In this document: one piece after another, positions 25,097 through 34,531 of the stretch
Layout: the number at the start of each line of letters is the position of its first letter
How positions within the stretch are numbered: position 1 is the stretch's first letter
Assembly (NCBI GenBank): GCA_963748015.1
Contig: CAVVHE010000008.1
Coordinates: 448,001-512,000, forward strand
DNA from: Terriglobia bacterium
Lineage (GTDB): Bacteria; Acidobacteriota; Polarisedimenticolia; Polarisedimenticolales; JAIQFR01
Reading direction: 5' to 3'
DNA length: 64,000 bases
Program-made: the position numbers and the translations under genes
Notes under the pieces: model-generated
The model's database searches: none
What the model saw: only the letters and a program-made list of their open reading frames with translations
Told to the model about the DNA's origin: nothing

Positions 25097-28000
25097 TCAC
25101 TTCGCCCGGCGCGGCATCGAGACCGGCGCGCGCGCCTCGACCCGCAGGGGAATCCTGCCTTCGTTCGCCTTGGCCCCCACGCCGAGGGGGTACGCGGGCC
25201 CGAGCGGTCGCCGCGCCTCCACGGTGATCGAGAGAAGCGCGCCCGAACCCTGAAGCGGGCGCGTTCCGTACATCGCGCAGCGGATCGAGCCTCCGTCGTC
25301 TCTCTGAACGAGCTGCAGCTGCCCGCCGAGACCGGTCGCGTGGACCTCCACGATCGACAGGGAGCGGGCGTCGTAGCCGATCTGAAGATCGAGAGCCTCG
25401 ATCCCGTCCCCCTCGAGCACGCCCAGCGTCAGCTCGCGCCGCTCGCCCGCGGCGAGCGGCCCTCTCCACCCGCTCAGGACGAGCAGGGCCCCGCGGCTCC
25501 TCGGGCCGCCCGGGGGCATCTTCACGCCGGCGGCGCGAAGCCGCCCGGCCTCCAGCCGGTCCTTCTCGACGGCCTCCCGCTCCGGCGACGACGGCGCCCG
25601 GAGCGCCGCCGCCGGCGCCCAGTTGCCGGTGACGTCGCCGTAGAGCACCGCGTGGAAATCGTCGGTCACCGCCCCGCCCAGCAACGGGTGGATGTAGAGC
25701 GGCGCCGCGCAGTCCTGGCTGGACGCGTCGGTGTAGTGATCGCAGCGGAAGAACCTCCAGTCGGATCCGGTGGACTCCGCTACTTCGAAATGATTCCGAA
25801 GACGGACCGCGAACTGGGCGACCTGGGCGGCGTCGTAGGAGGTCACCTCCTGGTTTCCGGAGACGTCGGCCGCGATCCGCTGGTTGGCCGAGAGGGTCGA
25901 GAGGCCCACCGCCTGCCTGGCGATCATCGTCGCGTCGAACGAGGTGACGGCGTCGCGGAGGCCCGCGTCCTCCGGGTCCTCCCACCGCGGCATCGTCGAG
26001 AGGATGACCGGCCCGTAGAGGCTGCCGATCGCGTACCCGCCGTCCTGGCCGGTCGTCGCGTCCGCCGTCCCGTCCTGGCCGAGATCCGCGCGGACGCCGG
26101 GGACCGGTTTGCCGCTTGGCTCGGAGCCCGTCGCGGCATCGCGGTAGTAGCGGACGGCGCCCCCGATCCCGCAATTGCCGGTCGCGCCGTGGGCGCAGGC
26201 CCCGCCGGAACAGGCATCCGTCGAGCAGACGTCGCCGTCGTCGCAGGAGCGGGGAGGTCCGAGGCAGGCCCCGTTCAGGCACGTGTCCGCGACCGTGCAC
26301 CCGTCGCCGTCGTCGCACGCGAGCCCCTCCCGGAACGGCTGCGCGGCGCAGCTCACGGTCGAGGGAACGCAGACGCCGACGTTGCAGCCGTCGTCGAGCG
26401 CCGAGCAGTCGAGCGACGTCCCGCGGCACGCGGTGCCCGAGCACGCGTCGCCGAGCGTGCAGGGATCGCCGTCGTCGCAGGCGAGCCCCTGGCGGGTCGC
26501 GCGGGCCTCGCAGGCGCCCATCCCGTTGCACGCGCCCACCTGGCATGGGCCGTCGAGAACGGAGCAGTCGAGTCCGGCGCAGCGCAGCGCGTCGAAGCTC
26601 TGGGAGGCGGTGCCGCCGGAGAAGATGTTGGGGGACCCGAAGGTGCTCGAGGTGCCGTCGGCGTAGCTCGAGTACGGGGTCACGAACGGGGTCGGGTTCT
26701 CCTCGAGCTTGAAGATCTCGTCGTTGCCGACGCCGCTCACGGGGTTGATTCCCTCGCCCGAGGGCCCGAACACCACGGCCCCCGCGGCGTCCTTGATCGT
26801 GAGCTGCCAGTTGGTCTGGGTCACGTCGAAGTTGGCGGGGGTGATGTTCGCGCCGGTAGCCGCGCTCGAGGCGCGGACGTTGATCCACCAGTCGTCCGAG
26901 GCGGGGGCATAGCTCACGTCGTCGGCGAGATCCTCCGCGACCGTGATGATCGTCCCGCTGCGCAGGTCGGACCAGATGCCGGCGTTCGTGAGCGTGAGGG
27001 TCGTGATCGTCTGGCCCGCCCCGCCGGTGTCGTTGCTGATCACGAGCGAGTAGCCGCGCGCGTCGAGATGGTCGCGGGTGACCACGAGCTCGAACCAGTC
27101 GCCGCCGTTCCCGGCGACGATTCCCCAGTACGTGTCCCGCGCGCCGCCCTTGAGGAAATTCGCGGGGGTCACCGCGTTGTACTCGTTGAGGAGCATCGGA
27201 AGCGCCTGCGCGTCGTTCGCGGCCTCCGGCGTCACGTGGGAGAACGTGCGGCGGTCGGAGCTCCCGTCGGGGTACCGCCCGTACGACACGTTCGACGGCA
27301 GGGCGGGGTAGGCGAGCTCGTCGGCGAGGATGCCCGAAGCGGTGAACAGCGCCACCCGGCCGCCCGAGCCGCTCAGGCGGAACGGCGCGTGGCGAGGCCC
27401 CTCGGCCGGCTCGTTGTCCGCCCAGACGAGCAGCCAGCAACCCGCGCAGAGCGACGTCCCGGCCGGGACGACGAACTTCCCCGGCGCGGCGAGGTCGTCG
27501 GTCAGCGTCATGCCGCCGAGATCGGCCACCGCGGCCGAGGCGTTGTGGATTTCGATCCACGGGTCCCGGTCGCCGGCCTCGTCCCGGTTCAGGCTTGCAT
27601 TGACCGGCAGGACCTCGTTGAGGTACAGCCCCGGGAACGGGGGCATCGTGCCGGCCGCGCCGTTGGGCGCGCCGGGGGTGCCGCCTGCATCGGGGCTGGC
27701 GGCCCAGTTGGCCACCCAACCGTTTTCCTGGGCGGGGTCGATCAGCTCCAGCGACGACCCGCCACCGGCGGCCGGCGACGGCCACGGCGCCGACGGCGCG
27801 TAGGCGACGGAGGCGACGTCGCGGCCGCTCGCGTCGCGCAGGACGATCCGCTCTCCCTCGTTCGCCAGGCTCCCGCTGTATTGCGCCGCGACGAACTTCC
27901 CGCCGCCGTACTGCGCGCGGAACGCGACGTCGTTCTTCACCACCAGGACGTAGGCATGGGGAAGGATCACCGACCCGGCCGGGAGCGTGAGGCCGATTCC

Positions 28001-30202
28001 GTCGATTTGCCAGCCGGAGAGGTCCACCGACTCGCTCGCCGAGGGGTTGTACAACTCCAGGAACTCATGGTCCGAGCCGCCCGCCGGGTTATACATGATC
28101 TCGCTGATCGCGATCCGCGGCACGGCCGACTGGGCCTCGGGGATTTCCCCGGCGACGCGATGGGTCGTGAAGAGGTGCGTCCTGCGCACGCCAAAGTACA
28201 GGCTCTTCAGGTTGCCGACCGCCTCGTCGAGCGTCTGCGCCTGCCCGTACTGCCCCCACTTGGCCTTGTCCATCGCGGCCTCGGGAGCGATCTTGGGGAC
28301 GAGCCCGTCCACGATCGCCTCGTAGCGACCCGGCGCGAGCTGCGAGTCCATCAGCGTCCGGAGCCTCCGGTGGTACATCTCGAGGAAGTCCGGCTCGAGG
28401 TAGATCGCGTGGATCAGCTTGTTCCAGAGATAGTCGTACTTCTGGTGCGTGGCGTTGCCGAAGAGCGGATGGCTCGGCGAGACGTTGGTCCGGCCGGAGA
28501 TCACGTCCACGTCCGCCCAGATCGCGTCGTTCAGCACGCCGCCGCTGTTGTAGTTCCGCCCGAACGTGAGGTCCATGTCCCACGCGGCCATGAACCAGCG
28601 CCCGGTTCCCAGCGTGTCGCGGTACAGGATGTAGTTCTTCGCGACGTGGTCGTTGTCGTGGACGATGCTCTTCACCGCGAGGTAGTTGAGCATCAGCGGC
28701 AGGTTCACGTTGTCCAGCAGAAAGGCGCGCCGCGCCGGCTGGCTCGACTGGTTGATCCCGACGGTGAGCGCGTAGATGTCCGACCAGTCCTCGTAGCTGC
28801 GGGAGTCCTTCTCGTAGCGTCCCCGAGTGTTCGCCTCGCTGCCGCGGTCCGAGAGGTCGTCGTAGGCCTTGTACCTGGCGCCGTCCGGATCGAGCCCGTT
28901 GCGCTCGACCCAGTCCCGGTCGGGATCCTCGAGGAAGCCGTAGAGCCCGTAGAACTGCCCGTTCTGCTGGAGGCGGACCGGGAACGACTGGTTGGACGGA
29001 TGGCCGGCCTCCTTTAGCGTTCGGTACGACAGCAGCTCGCGCAGGTAGCTCTTGTCCCCGTAGCTGCTCTCGAGGTCGAAGTTGTCCACGGGGTTCGCGA
29101 TCAGGGCCGAGTCGAAGAACTCGTTCCCCTGCGGGAACTTGAACTTCCAGTGCGGCTTCGGCCAGCCCCGGGACGACTGGCCGCGAACGCGCACCTGGAT
29201 GTTGTCGTAGAGAACGCCGTTGTAGAAGAACACGGCGGGCTCGGTCTCGTCCGTGTACCGATGGGCCAGCGCCCGCTGGTAGGCCGCGGGGTCCATGAGC
29301 CAGTGGAAGATCGGCAGGGCCGAGGCGAGCGACGCGTCGGAGACCATCGTCCCGTCGTAGTTCACGGTGTCGTCCGCTCGAGGGTGCGACATCGTGCCGG
29401 TGGGACCGGTCGCCGAGATCCGGAACCGCACGAGGGTATTGAGCGGCTGGCCGGGGATCGCTGCCCCACAGACTCCGTCGCCGGCGGCGCCGTCGCCGCT
29501 CAGGCCGTCGTCGAGCATCGGGACGGTGGTCTCCGCGCCGAAATCGATCACGAAGGTGAAGGAGACGGAGGTGGCGTCCAGCACGCGGGCTGCGACCGCG
29601 ACCGGCTCGCCGGCGGCGGGGCTCGCGTTGAAGGCGACGTCCGAGATCCACGGCGGCAGTCCCGAGGTGCTCACGCTGTTCGCGGCGCCGGGGGTGGCGC
29701 CCGCCGCGGCGATCGAGGCACGCCAGTTGCGCGCCGTCGAGTTGTCCTGCGAGGGGTCGATGACCTCGAGCGAGGGGCCGACGCCGTCCGCCTTCGTGGG
29801 CCAGGGGGCCTTGTCGGAGTAGGTGACCTCGTCCACGACGGTGCTGGCCGCGTCGAGCAGCGCGATCCGCTCTCCGCTGTTGCCGAGCTGGCCGGTGTAG
29901 ACGTGATCGGCGGCCCGCCCGTACTTGGCCAGGAACCCGGCCGCGTCGCGCGCCAGCGCGAGGAACTGTCCCGGTGCGATGGACGCTCCCGCGGGGAAGC
30001 AGAAGCCGATCCCGTCCACGCACCATCCCGAAAGGTCCAGTGCTTCGCTACCGGGATTGTGGAGTTCGAGGAACTCCTCGCTCTCGAGCTCCGTCGTGGG
30101 GTGGTACATGATTTCGGTGATCACGACCCCCGCGGCGGCGGGCGCGGTGAGGAGCAGGGCAAGAAGGCACACGAAAACACGATGCCCGGTTCGGGTCGTC
30201 AT
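25097..30202 (-). CDS. Secreted CotH kinase family protein with lamin-tail domains, Cys-rich repeats, dockerin-like and C-terminal cohesin-like modules
   Basis: Signal peptide. VVITEIMYHP, IAISEIMYNP, LYLNEVL and MLLNEYN lamin-tail starts. CotH motifs RVRGQSS..PKPHWKFKF, DKSYLRE, DNDHVAKNYILY and AWDMDLTFG. ADVSGNQEVTSYDAAQVAQ is dockerin-like. The tail is homologous to that of 14122..23683. Confidence 0.85.
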   Translation of the reverse strand: MTTRTGHRVFVCLLALLLTAPAAAGVVITEIMYHPTTELESEEFLELHNPGSEALDLSGWCVDGIGFCFPAGASIAPGQFLALARDAAGFLAKYGRAADHVYTGQLGNSGERIALLDAASTVVDEVTYSDKAPWPTKADGVGPSLEVIDPSQDNSTARNWRASIAAAGATPGAANSVSTSGLPPWISDVAFNASPAAGEPVAVAARVLDATSVSFTFVIDFGAETTVPMLDDGLSGDGAAGDGVCGAAIPGQPLNTLVRFRISATGPTGTMSHPRADDTVNYDGTMVSDASLASALPIFHWLMDPAAYQRALAHRYTDETEPAVFFYNGVLYDNIQVRVRGQSSRGWPKPHWKFKFPQGNEFFDSALIANPVDNFDLESSYGDKSYLRELLSYRTLKEAGHPSNQSFPVRLQQNGQFYGLYGFLEDPDRDWVERNGLDPDGARYKAYDDLSDRGSEANTRGRYEKDSRSYEDWSDIYALTVGINQSSQPARRAFLLDNVNLPLMLNYLAVKSIVHDNDHVAKNYILYRDTLGTGRWFMAAWDMDLTFGRNYNSGGVLNDAIWADVDVISGRTNVSPSHPLFGNATHQKYDYLWNKLIHAIYLEPDFLEMYHRRLRTLMDSQLAPGRYEAIVDGLVPKIAPEAAMDKAKWGQYGQAQTLDEAVGNLKSLYFGVRRTHLFTTHRVAGEIPEAQSAVPRIAISEIMYNPAGGSDHEFLELYNPSASESVDLSGWQIDGIGLTLPAGSVILPHAYVLVVKNDVAFRAQYGGGKFVAAQYSGSLANEGERIVLRDASGRDVASVAYAPSAPWPSPAAGGGSSLELIDPAQENGWVANWAASPDAGGTPGAPNGAAGTMPPFPGLYLNEVLPVNASLNRDEAGDRDPWIEIHNASAAVADLGGMTLTDDLAAPGKFVVPAGTSLCAGCWLLVWADNEPAEGPRHAPFRLSGSGGRVALFTASGILADELAYPALPSNVSYGRYPDGSSDRRTFSHVTPEAANDAQALPMLLNEYNAVTPANFLKGGARDTYWGIVAGNGGDWFELVVTRDHLDARGYSLVISNDTGGAGQTITTLTLTNAGIWSDLRSGTIITVAEDLADDVSYAPASDDWWINVRASSAATGANITPANFDVTQTNWQLTIKDAAGAVVFGPSGEGINPVSGVGNDEIFKLEENPTPFVTPYSSYADGTSSTFGSPNIFSGGTASQSFDALRCAGLDCSVLDGPCQVGACNGMGACEARATRQGLACDDGDPCTLGDACSGTACRGTSLDCSALDDGCNVGVCVPSTVSCAAQPFREGLACDDGDGCTVADTCLNGACLGPPRSCDDGDVCSTDACSGGACAHGATGNCGIGGAVRYYRDAATGSEPSGKPVPGVRADLGQDGTADATTGQDGGYAIGSLYGPVILSTMPRWEDPEDAGLRDAVTSFDATMIARQAVGLSTLSANQRIAADVSGNQEVTSYDAAQVAQFAVRLRNHFEVAESTGSDWRFFRCDHYTDASSQDCAAPLYIHPLLGGAVTDDFHAVLYGDVTGNWAPAAALRAPSSPEREAVEKDRLEAGRLRAAGVKMPPGGPRSRGALLVLSGWRGPLAAGERRELTLGVLEGDGIEALDLQIGYDARSLSIVEVHATGLGGQLQLVQRDDGGSIRCAMYGTRPLQGSGALLSITVEARRPLGPAYPLGVGAKANEGRIPLRVEARAPVSMPRRAK

Positions 30203-30394
30203 GGCGACTCATACCCCCCGTAGCGGCGAGCTACGCGTGATGAAGGACCCGTTCTAAACCGTTGCGGCTACTTCTATATACCCCCAATCGCGTCGAGAAC
30301 GACCCCTCCGACCAACGATTTTTCCCGCTCCCGGCACGGGTTCTCGGTATATTCAACTGTAATCTGTAATCTCCAGCACCGGATCGGGGGTAGT

Positions 30395-31726
30395 GTGCGA
30401 CGATCCATCCTGGGCCTCGTCCTAGGGCTCCTGGCGGCTCTTCCGGCAGCGGCGGCCACGGTGACCCTCTGGAATCCCGCGCCGACCTCCACGGACCGGG
30501 GAGGGGGAAGCGGCCTCGAGGTCGTCGCCCCGATCCGCGTCAGCCCGGCCGACGGCGTCACCTCGATGGGCTTCGACTTCGCCTACGATCCGATCATCCT
30601 GGCCCCCCTGGGGGTTTATCGCACCCCCTTCACGCACGGGTTCTCGATCGCGTCGGACCTTTCCGTCCCGGGTCGGATCACCGTCGCCCTCGATGGGAGC
30701 GTTCCGCTCGCCGGCTCGGGGGATGTCGCCTGGATCGTGTTTCGCGTGAACGGGGCCTCCGGGACCTTCTCCGGCCTCTCCTGGATCTCGGCATCGCTGA
30801 ATGGAGGCGCCCTACCGGCCGTCGCCTCGGATGGCCGGATCGCCGTCATTGCGTCGGCCTCGGTGCTCTCGGTGCCGAGTGGGTCGCAGGGGTTGCCCGG
30901 CGCCCTGGTGAGCGTGCCGGTGTCCGCGCAGCCCGCGGACGGGGCGCTGGGGATCGACATTCGCCTCGTTTTCGATCCCAACGTCATCACGCCCACGACC
31001 GTGCAGCAGACGGCGCTGACCAGCGGGATGTTGCTGACCTTCAACCTCGCGAAGCCGGGCGAGGCGTTCGTTTCGCTGTTCCAGGATCAGCCGATCGTGG
31101 GATCCGGCCCGCTCGTGAACGTCGTGTTCCAGGTAGTCGGGGCCATCGGCGAGGGGACCCCGGTGAACGTCGTCCGGGGGGACATCAACGAGCAGCAGAT
31201 CTCGACGGTCCTCGGGGACGGCATCTTCACGGTCTGCAGTGGCGTGGACGCGGACGGGGACGGCTACAGCGGCTGTGCGGGAGACTGCGACGATTCGAGC
31301 AACGCGATCCACCCCGGCGCGGCGGAGATCTGCAACGGTCTCGACGACAACTGCAACCAGCTGGTGGATGAGGGGATCTCGGCGCCATCGGGAACGCCCA
31401 CGTTGTCGGCCGCGAAGGCCGGCGGCGCGCTCGTGCTTTCCTGGGCGCCGGTGCCGGCCGCCACGGGGCTCGATGTCGTGAAGGGGGACCTCGCCGCCCT
31501 CCGGGGGAGCGCGGGCGACTTCACGCAGGCGACCCGAGGTTGCCTGGGGAACGACGTTCCGGGAACGTCGGCTCAGGACGGCGAGGATCCCGCGGCCGAG
31601 GCCGGATTCTGGTACGTCGGCCGCGCCGTGAATTGCGGCGGTGCCGGTTCGTACGACTCCGGCGCGCCGAAGCAGAAGGCGAGCCGCGACGCGGCCATCG
31701 CGGCGTCGTCCTCCGCTTGCCCTTGA
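30395..31726 (+). CDS. Secreted protein with two cohesin-like domains, a MopE-like Cys/Asp metal-binding motif and a conserved C-terminal ...ACP domain (mini-scaffoldin-like)
   Basis: Signal peptide. SMGFDFAYDPIIL and GIDIRLVFDPNVI cohesin-like repeats are paralogous to those in 1..5451. DADGDGY..C.GDCDD....IHPGAAEICNGLDDNC motif. GFWYVGRAVNCGGAGSYD...ACP. Confidence 0.8.
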   Translation: MRRSILGLVLGLLAALPAAAATVTLWNPAPTSTDRGGGSGLEVVAPIRVSPADGVTSMGFDFAYDPIILAPLGVYRTPFTHGFSIASDLSVPGRITVALDGSVPLAGSGDVAWIVFRVNGASGTFSGLSWISASLNGGALPAVASDGRIAVIASASVLSVPSGSQGLPGALVSVPVSAQPADGALGIDIRLVFDPNVITPTTVQQTALTSGMLLTFNLAKPGEAFVSLFQDQPIVGSGPLVNVVFQVVGAIGEGTPVNVVRGDINEQQISTVLGDGIFTVCSGVDADGDGYSGCAGDCDDSSNAIHPGAAEICNGLDDNCNQLVDEGISAPSGTPTLSAAKAGGALVLSWAPVPAATGLDVVKGDLAALRGSAGDFTQATRGCLGNDVPGTSAQDGEDPAAEAGFWYVGRAVNCGGAGSYDSGAPKQKASRDAAIAASSSACP

Positions 31727-31744
31727 GAAGAACCGTCTCCCGGC

Positions 31745-32563
31745 TCAGCTCTTGGGCCCCGCCAGTCCCATGCGCGCCAGCTCGGCGTCGATGACCTTCT
31801 GGAACTCCTCGAACGGCTTGGCGCCCGAGAGAAACTTCCCGTTGATGAAGAACGCCGGGGTCCCGGTCACGCCGATCGATTTCGCCTCGTTCGAGTCGGC
31901 GTCGATCTTGCCCTTGTAGCGCGCCGTGTCCATGCCGCTCTGGAAGCGGTTGACGTCGAGCCCCAGCTCGCGCGCGTAGCCGAGGAGCTGGTCGCGCTGC
32001 AGCTTGCCCGGGTTGCCGAACAGCTTGTCGTGGTACTCCCAGAACTTACCCTGCTCGTCCGCCGCCATCGCGGCCATGTGGGCGAGAGGAGCGTCCTTGT
32101 GCATGTCGAGCGGGAAGTTCTTCCAAACGACGCGGACCTTGTCACCGTAAGCCTTCCGGACCTGATCGAGGGTCGCACCGACCCTCGCGCAGAAAGGTCA
32201 CTGGAAGTCGGAGAATTCGGCGATGACGATCGGCGCGGTCGCCGGTCCCTTCGCGGGCGAACCCTCCGTGCGGATCGGGTAGGCGCGGTTCGGATCCGGC
32301 CCGCGCTGGGGCGCCGAGGCGCGCGCGGCGGCGTCCACCTTGGCGGAAAGCTGTCCGACCTGCCCCTCGATCCTGCCGAGGCGGTCGCCCATGTCCTTCC
32401 GGCTGTCCCGCGCCTCGCGCAGCGCGTTGCCGTTCAGGAAGATGAGTACTCCGAGGCCGGCGAGCGTCGCGATCCTCACCAGCCAGGGGGAGGTCTCCGA
32501 GGACCTCTTGCCGGGGGACGGCGCGGTCTCCCCGGCCTCTCTCTGGCGCTCTCGTTTCGACAT
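31745..32563 (-). CDS. Membrane-anchored DsbA/thioredoxin-family selenoprotein (UPFC active site), 272 aa
   Basis: ORFs 32198..32563 and 31745..32104 are in the same frame and read ...IAEFSDFQ-TGA-PFCARVGATLDQVRKAYGDKVRVVWKNFPLDMHKDA...GVTGTPAFFING. TGA (32198-32200) occupies the first Cys position of CxxC. N-terminal TM helix and coiled coil. Confidence 0.9.
32167..32187 (-). promoter_or_regulatory. Bacterial SECIS-like hairpin
   Basis: On the minus strand: TGA, then 10 nt, then CGAGGGTCG-GTG-CGACCCTCG, a perfect 9-bp stem with a G-containing loop. Confidence 0.75.
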
Positions 32564-32691
32564 GAAGCGTGCTCCTCCCCGTAAAGAACAGATATTAGCA
32601 CGGCCCTCCCGACCGACAAGTGCTTGTCCTTGTTGGGGATGTCCGGCTGTGCCACAATCTGCCGGGCGATTCGAGGGGAGGATTCCGGTTG

Positions 32692-34524
32692 ATGAGTTCC
32701 ATGTCCCGCGCTCTGCACGCGACGCTGCTGGCCGTCCTGCTCGGGGCGGTCGAGCCGTCGGTCGCGGCGGGGAACCCCACCGCGAGGGTCTCCGCCGACA
32801 CCTCCGGCTCGGCCACGCGCGTCATCGTCACGCTGAGCCAGCCGGTGGCATCGTCGATCACGACGTCGCCGGGGCGGGTCGAGGTCATCTTCGCGGCTCC
32901 GGTGGAAGTCACCCCCTCCGATTCCAAGCTCGACGACGCGATCCTCAAGGGTTGGCAGACGCGCGGCGACCGCACGCTCGTGCTGACGATGGGGGCCGTC
33001 TACAAGGGATACGAGAGCTTCGAGCTCAAGAACCCGACGCGCCTCGTGCTCGACCTGCGCGGCGAGCGCCCGTCGAAGGCCGAGCCCGCGCCGTTGCCCG
33101 CGAAGGGCGGCCGCGGCGGTTCCGTCATCGTCGTGGACCCCGGCCACGGCGGCGTCGAGACCGGAGCCACCGGCCCGTCGGGCGCGGTGGAGAAGGACCT
33201 GGCGCTCGCCATCGCGCGGCGTCTCAAGATCGCGCTCGAGCGCGCGACCGGAGCGGCCGTCGTGCTGACGCGCGACGAGGACCGGCAGGTGCCGCTCGAC
33301 GAGCGCGCGGCGATCGCGAACCACAACCGGGCCGAGCTGTTCATCTCGGTGCACTTGAACGCCTCGAAGCGGCGCGGCGCGGTCGGCGCCGAGACGTATT
33401 TCCTGTCCCCCGACGCCACGGACGACGAGGCGCGCACCCTGGCCGCCCTCGAGAACCGCGCGGCGGGGGTTCCCGAGACGCCGTCGGCGGGGCGCCCGGA
33501 AGGGGAGCGTGGCCTCGACCTGATCCTGTGGGACCTCGCGCAGAACCAGTACCTGGCCGAGAGCGGCCGTCTCGCCGAGTCGGTGCAGAGAGAATTGAAC
33601 GCGCTCGCGGGGACGAAGGACCGCGGCGTGCGGCAGGCTCCCTTCAGCGTGCTCATGGGCGCGACGATGCCCGCGATCCTCGTCGAGGTCGGCTTCGTCA
33701 CGAATCCCGAGGAGGAGGCGCGCCTCAAGGACCCGGCGTACCAGGACAAGATCGTCGAGGCGATCGTGCGCGCCGCGCGCGAGTACCTCGACGGGCGCGC
33801 CCGGCTCGACGCGTCCCGGGGCCGCGCGGTGACCGCGAGGACGCGACGCGTCGCACGCTCCGCCGCGCTCGTGCTGCTGTGCACCCTCGGCTGCCGCGGA
33901 GGGAAGCCCGACCAGCGCGAGGCCGGCGCCGGCGCGCCGCCGCCTCCGGGCGTCCCCGCCGAAGAGGCGCAACGCGCGGCGGGACAGGCGGAGCAGGAGC
34001 CGCTCGGCCGCACCTCGGTCACGCTCTTCTTCCCGTCGGCGACCGGCGACGGGCTCGCGAGCGAGGGGCGGGAGATCTTCGCGACGCCCCTGCCGGAGGA
34101 CCGCGCGAAGCAGATCCTGTCCGACCTGATCTCGGGACCCTTGACCGAGGCGGCACTGCCGGCGCTTCCCCCGGGAACGCGGCTCCGCCAGGTCTACGTT
34201 CTGAAGAACGGGACCGCGTACGCGGACTTCTCCATGGAGCTGCTCGCGGCCGGCGAGGGCGGGGGGAGCACGGACGAAGTCCAGGCCGTGTTCTCGATCG
34301 TGAACTCGGTCGCGATGAACGTGCCCGGGATCGTGCGCGTCGGGATCCTGGTGGAAGGCCGGCCGTGCGAGACGTTGAACGGCCACGTGGACCTGAGGCG
34401 GCCGCTGCGCGCGGACCCGTCGCTGCTCGAGGAGCCGCTCCCGGAGGAGCGGCCGCCCGGCACGGAGCTCCCGCCCGTGGACGCGGCACCCGCGACGCCG
34501 GGGCAGCAGACGGTCCAGGTGTGA
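32692..34524 (+). CDS. N-acetylmuramoyl-L-alanine amidase (Amidase_3) in frame with a GerMN-domain lipoprotein (possibly two genes)
   Basis: Amidase motifs VDPGHGG, EKDLAL, SVHLNAS and ILVEVGF. The C-terminal part has TLFFP...LISGP...GTAYADFS...SIVNSV...VGILVEG...TLNGHVDL (GerMN). There is an internal GTG at 33829 followed by a lipobox LG-C. Confidence 0.8.
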   Translation: MSSMSRALHATLLAVLLGAVEPSVAAGNPTARVSADTSGSATRVIVTLSQPVASSITTSPGRVEVIFAAPVEVTPSDSKLDDAILKGWQTRGDRTLVLTMGAVYKGYESFELKNPTRLVLDLRGERPSKAEPAPLPAKGGRGGSVIVVDPGHGGVETGATGPSGAVEKDLALAIARRLKIALERATGAAVVLTRDEDRQVPLDERAAIANHNRAELFISVHLNASKRRGAVGAETYFLSPDATDDEARTLAALENRAAGVPETPSAGRPEGERGLDLILWDLAQNQYLAESGRLAESVQRELNALAGTKDRGVRQAPFSVLMGATMPAILVEVGFVTNPEEEARLKDPAYQDKIVEAIVRAAREYLDGRARLDASRGRAVTARTRRVARSAALVLLCTLGCRGGKPDQREAGAGAPPPPGVPAEEAQRAAGQAEQEPLGRTSVTLFFPSATGDGLASEGREIFATPLPEDRAKQILSDLISGPLTEAALPALPPGTRLRQVYVLKNGTAYADFSMELLAAGEGGGSTDEVQAVFSIVNSVAMNVPGIVRVGILVEGRPCETLNGHVDLRRPLRADPSLLEEPLPEERPPGTELPPVDAAPATPGQQTVQV

Positions 34525-34531
34525 GGAGCGC

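Noticed and set aside
745..30223. Very long antisense and alternate-frame ORFs (e.g. 745..5463 -, 10441..14136 -, 19232..23620 -, 24989..29017 +)
   Set aside because: These are shadow ORFs from high GC3 and repeat content. They are Arg/Ala/Val-rich, have no motifs, and fully overlap well-supported genes.
31745..32563. DsbA gene as a nonsense pseudogene or two genes
   Set aside because: The stop is TGA precisely at the catalytic Cys position with a downstream hairpin, so selenocysteine recoding is more parsimonious.
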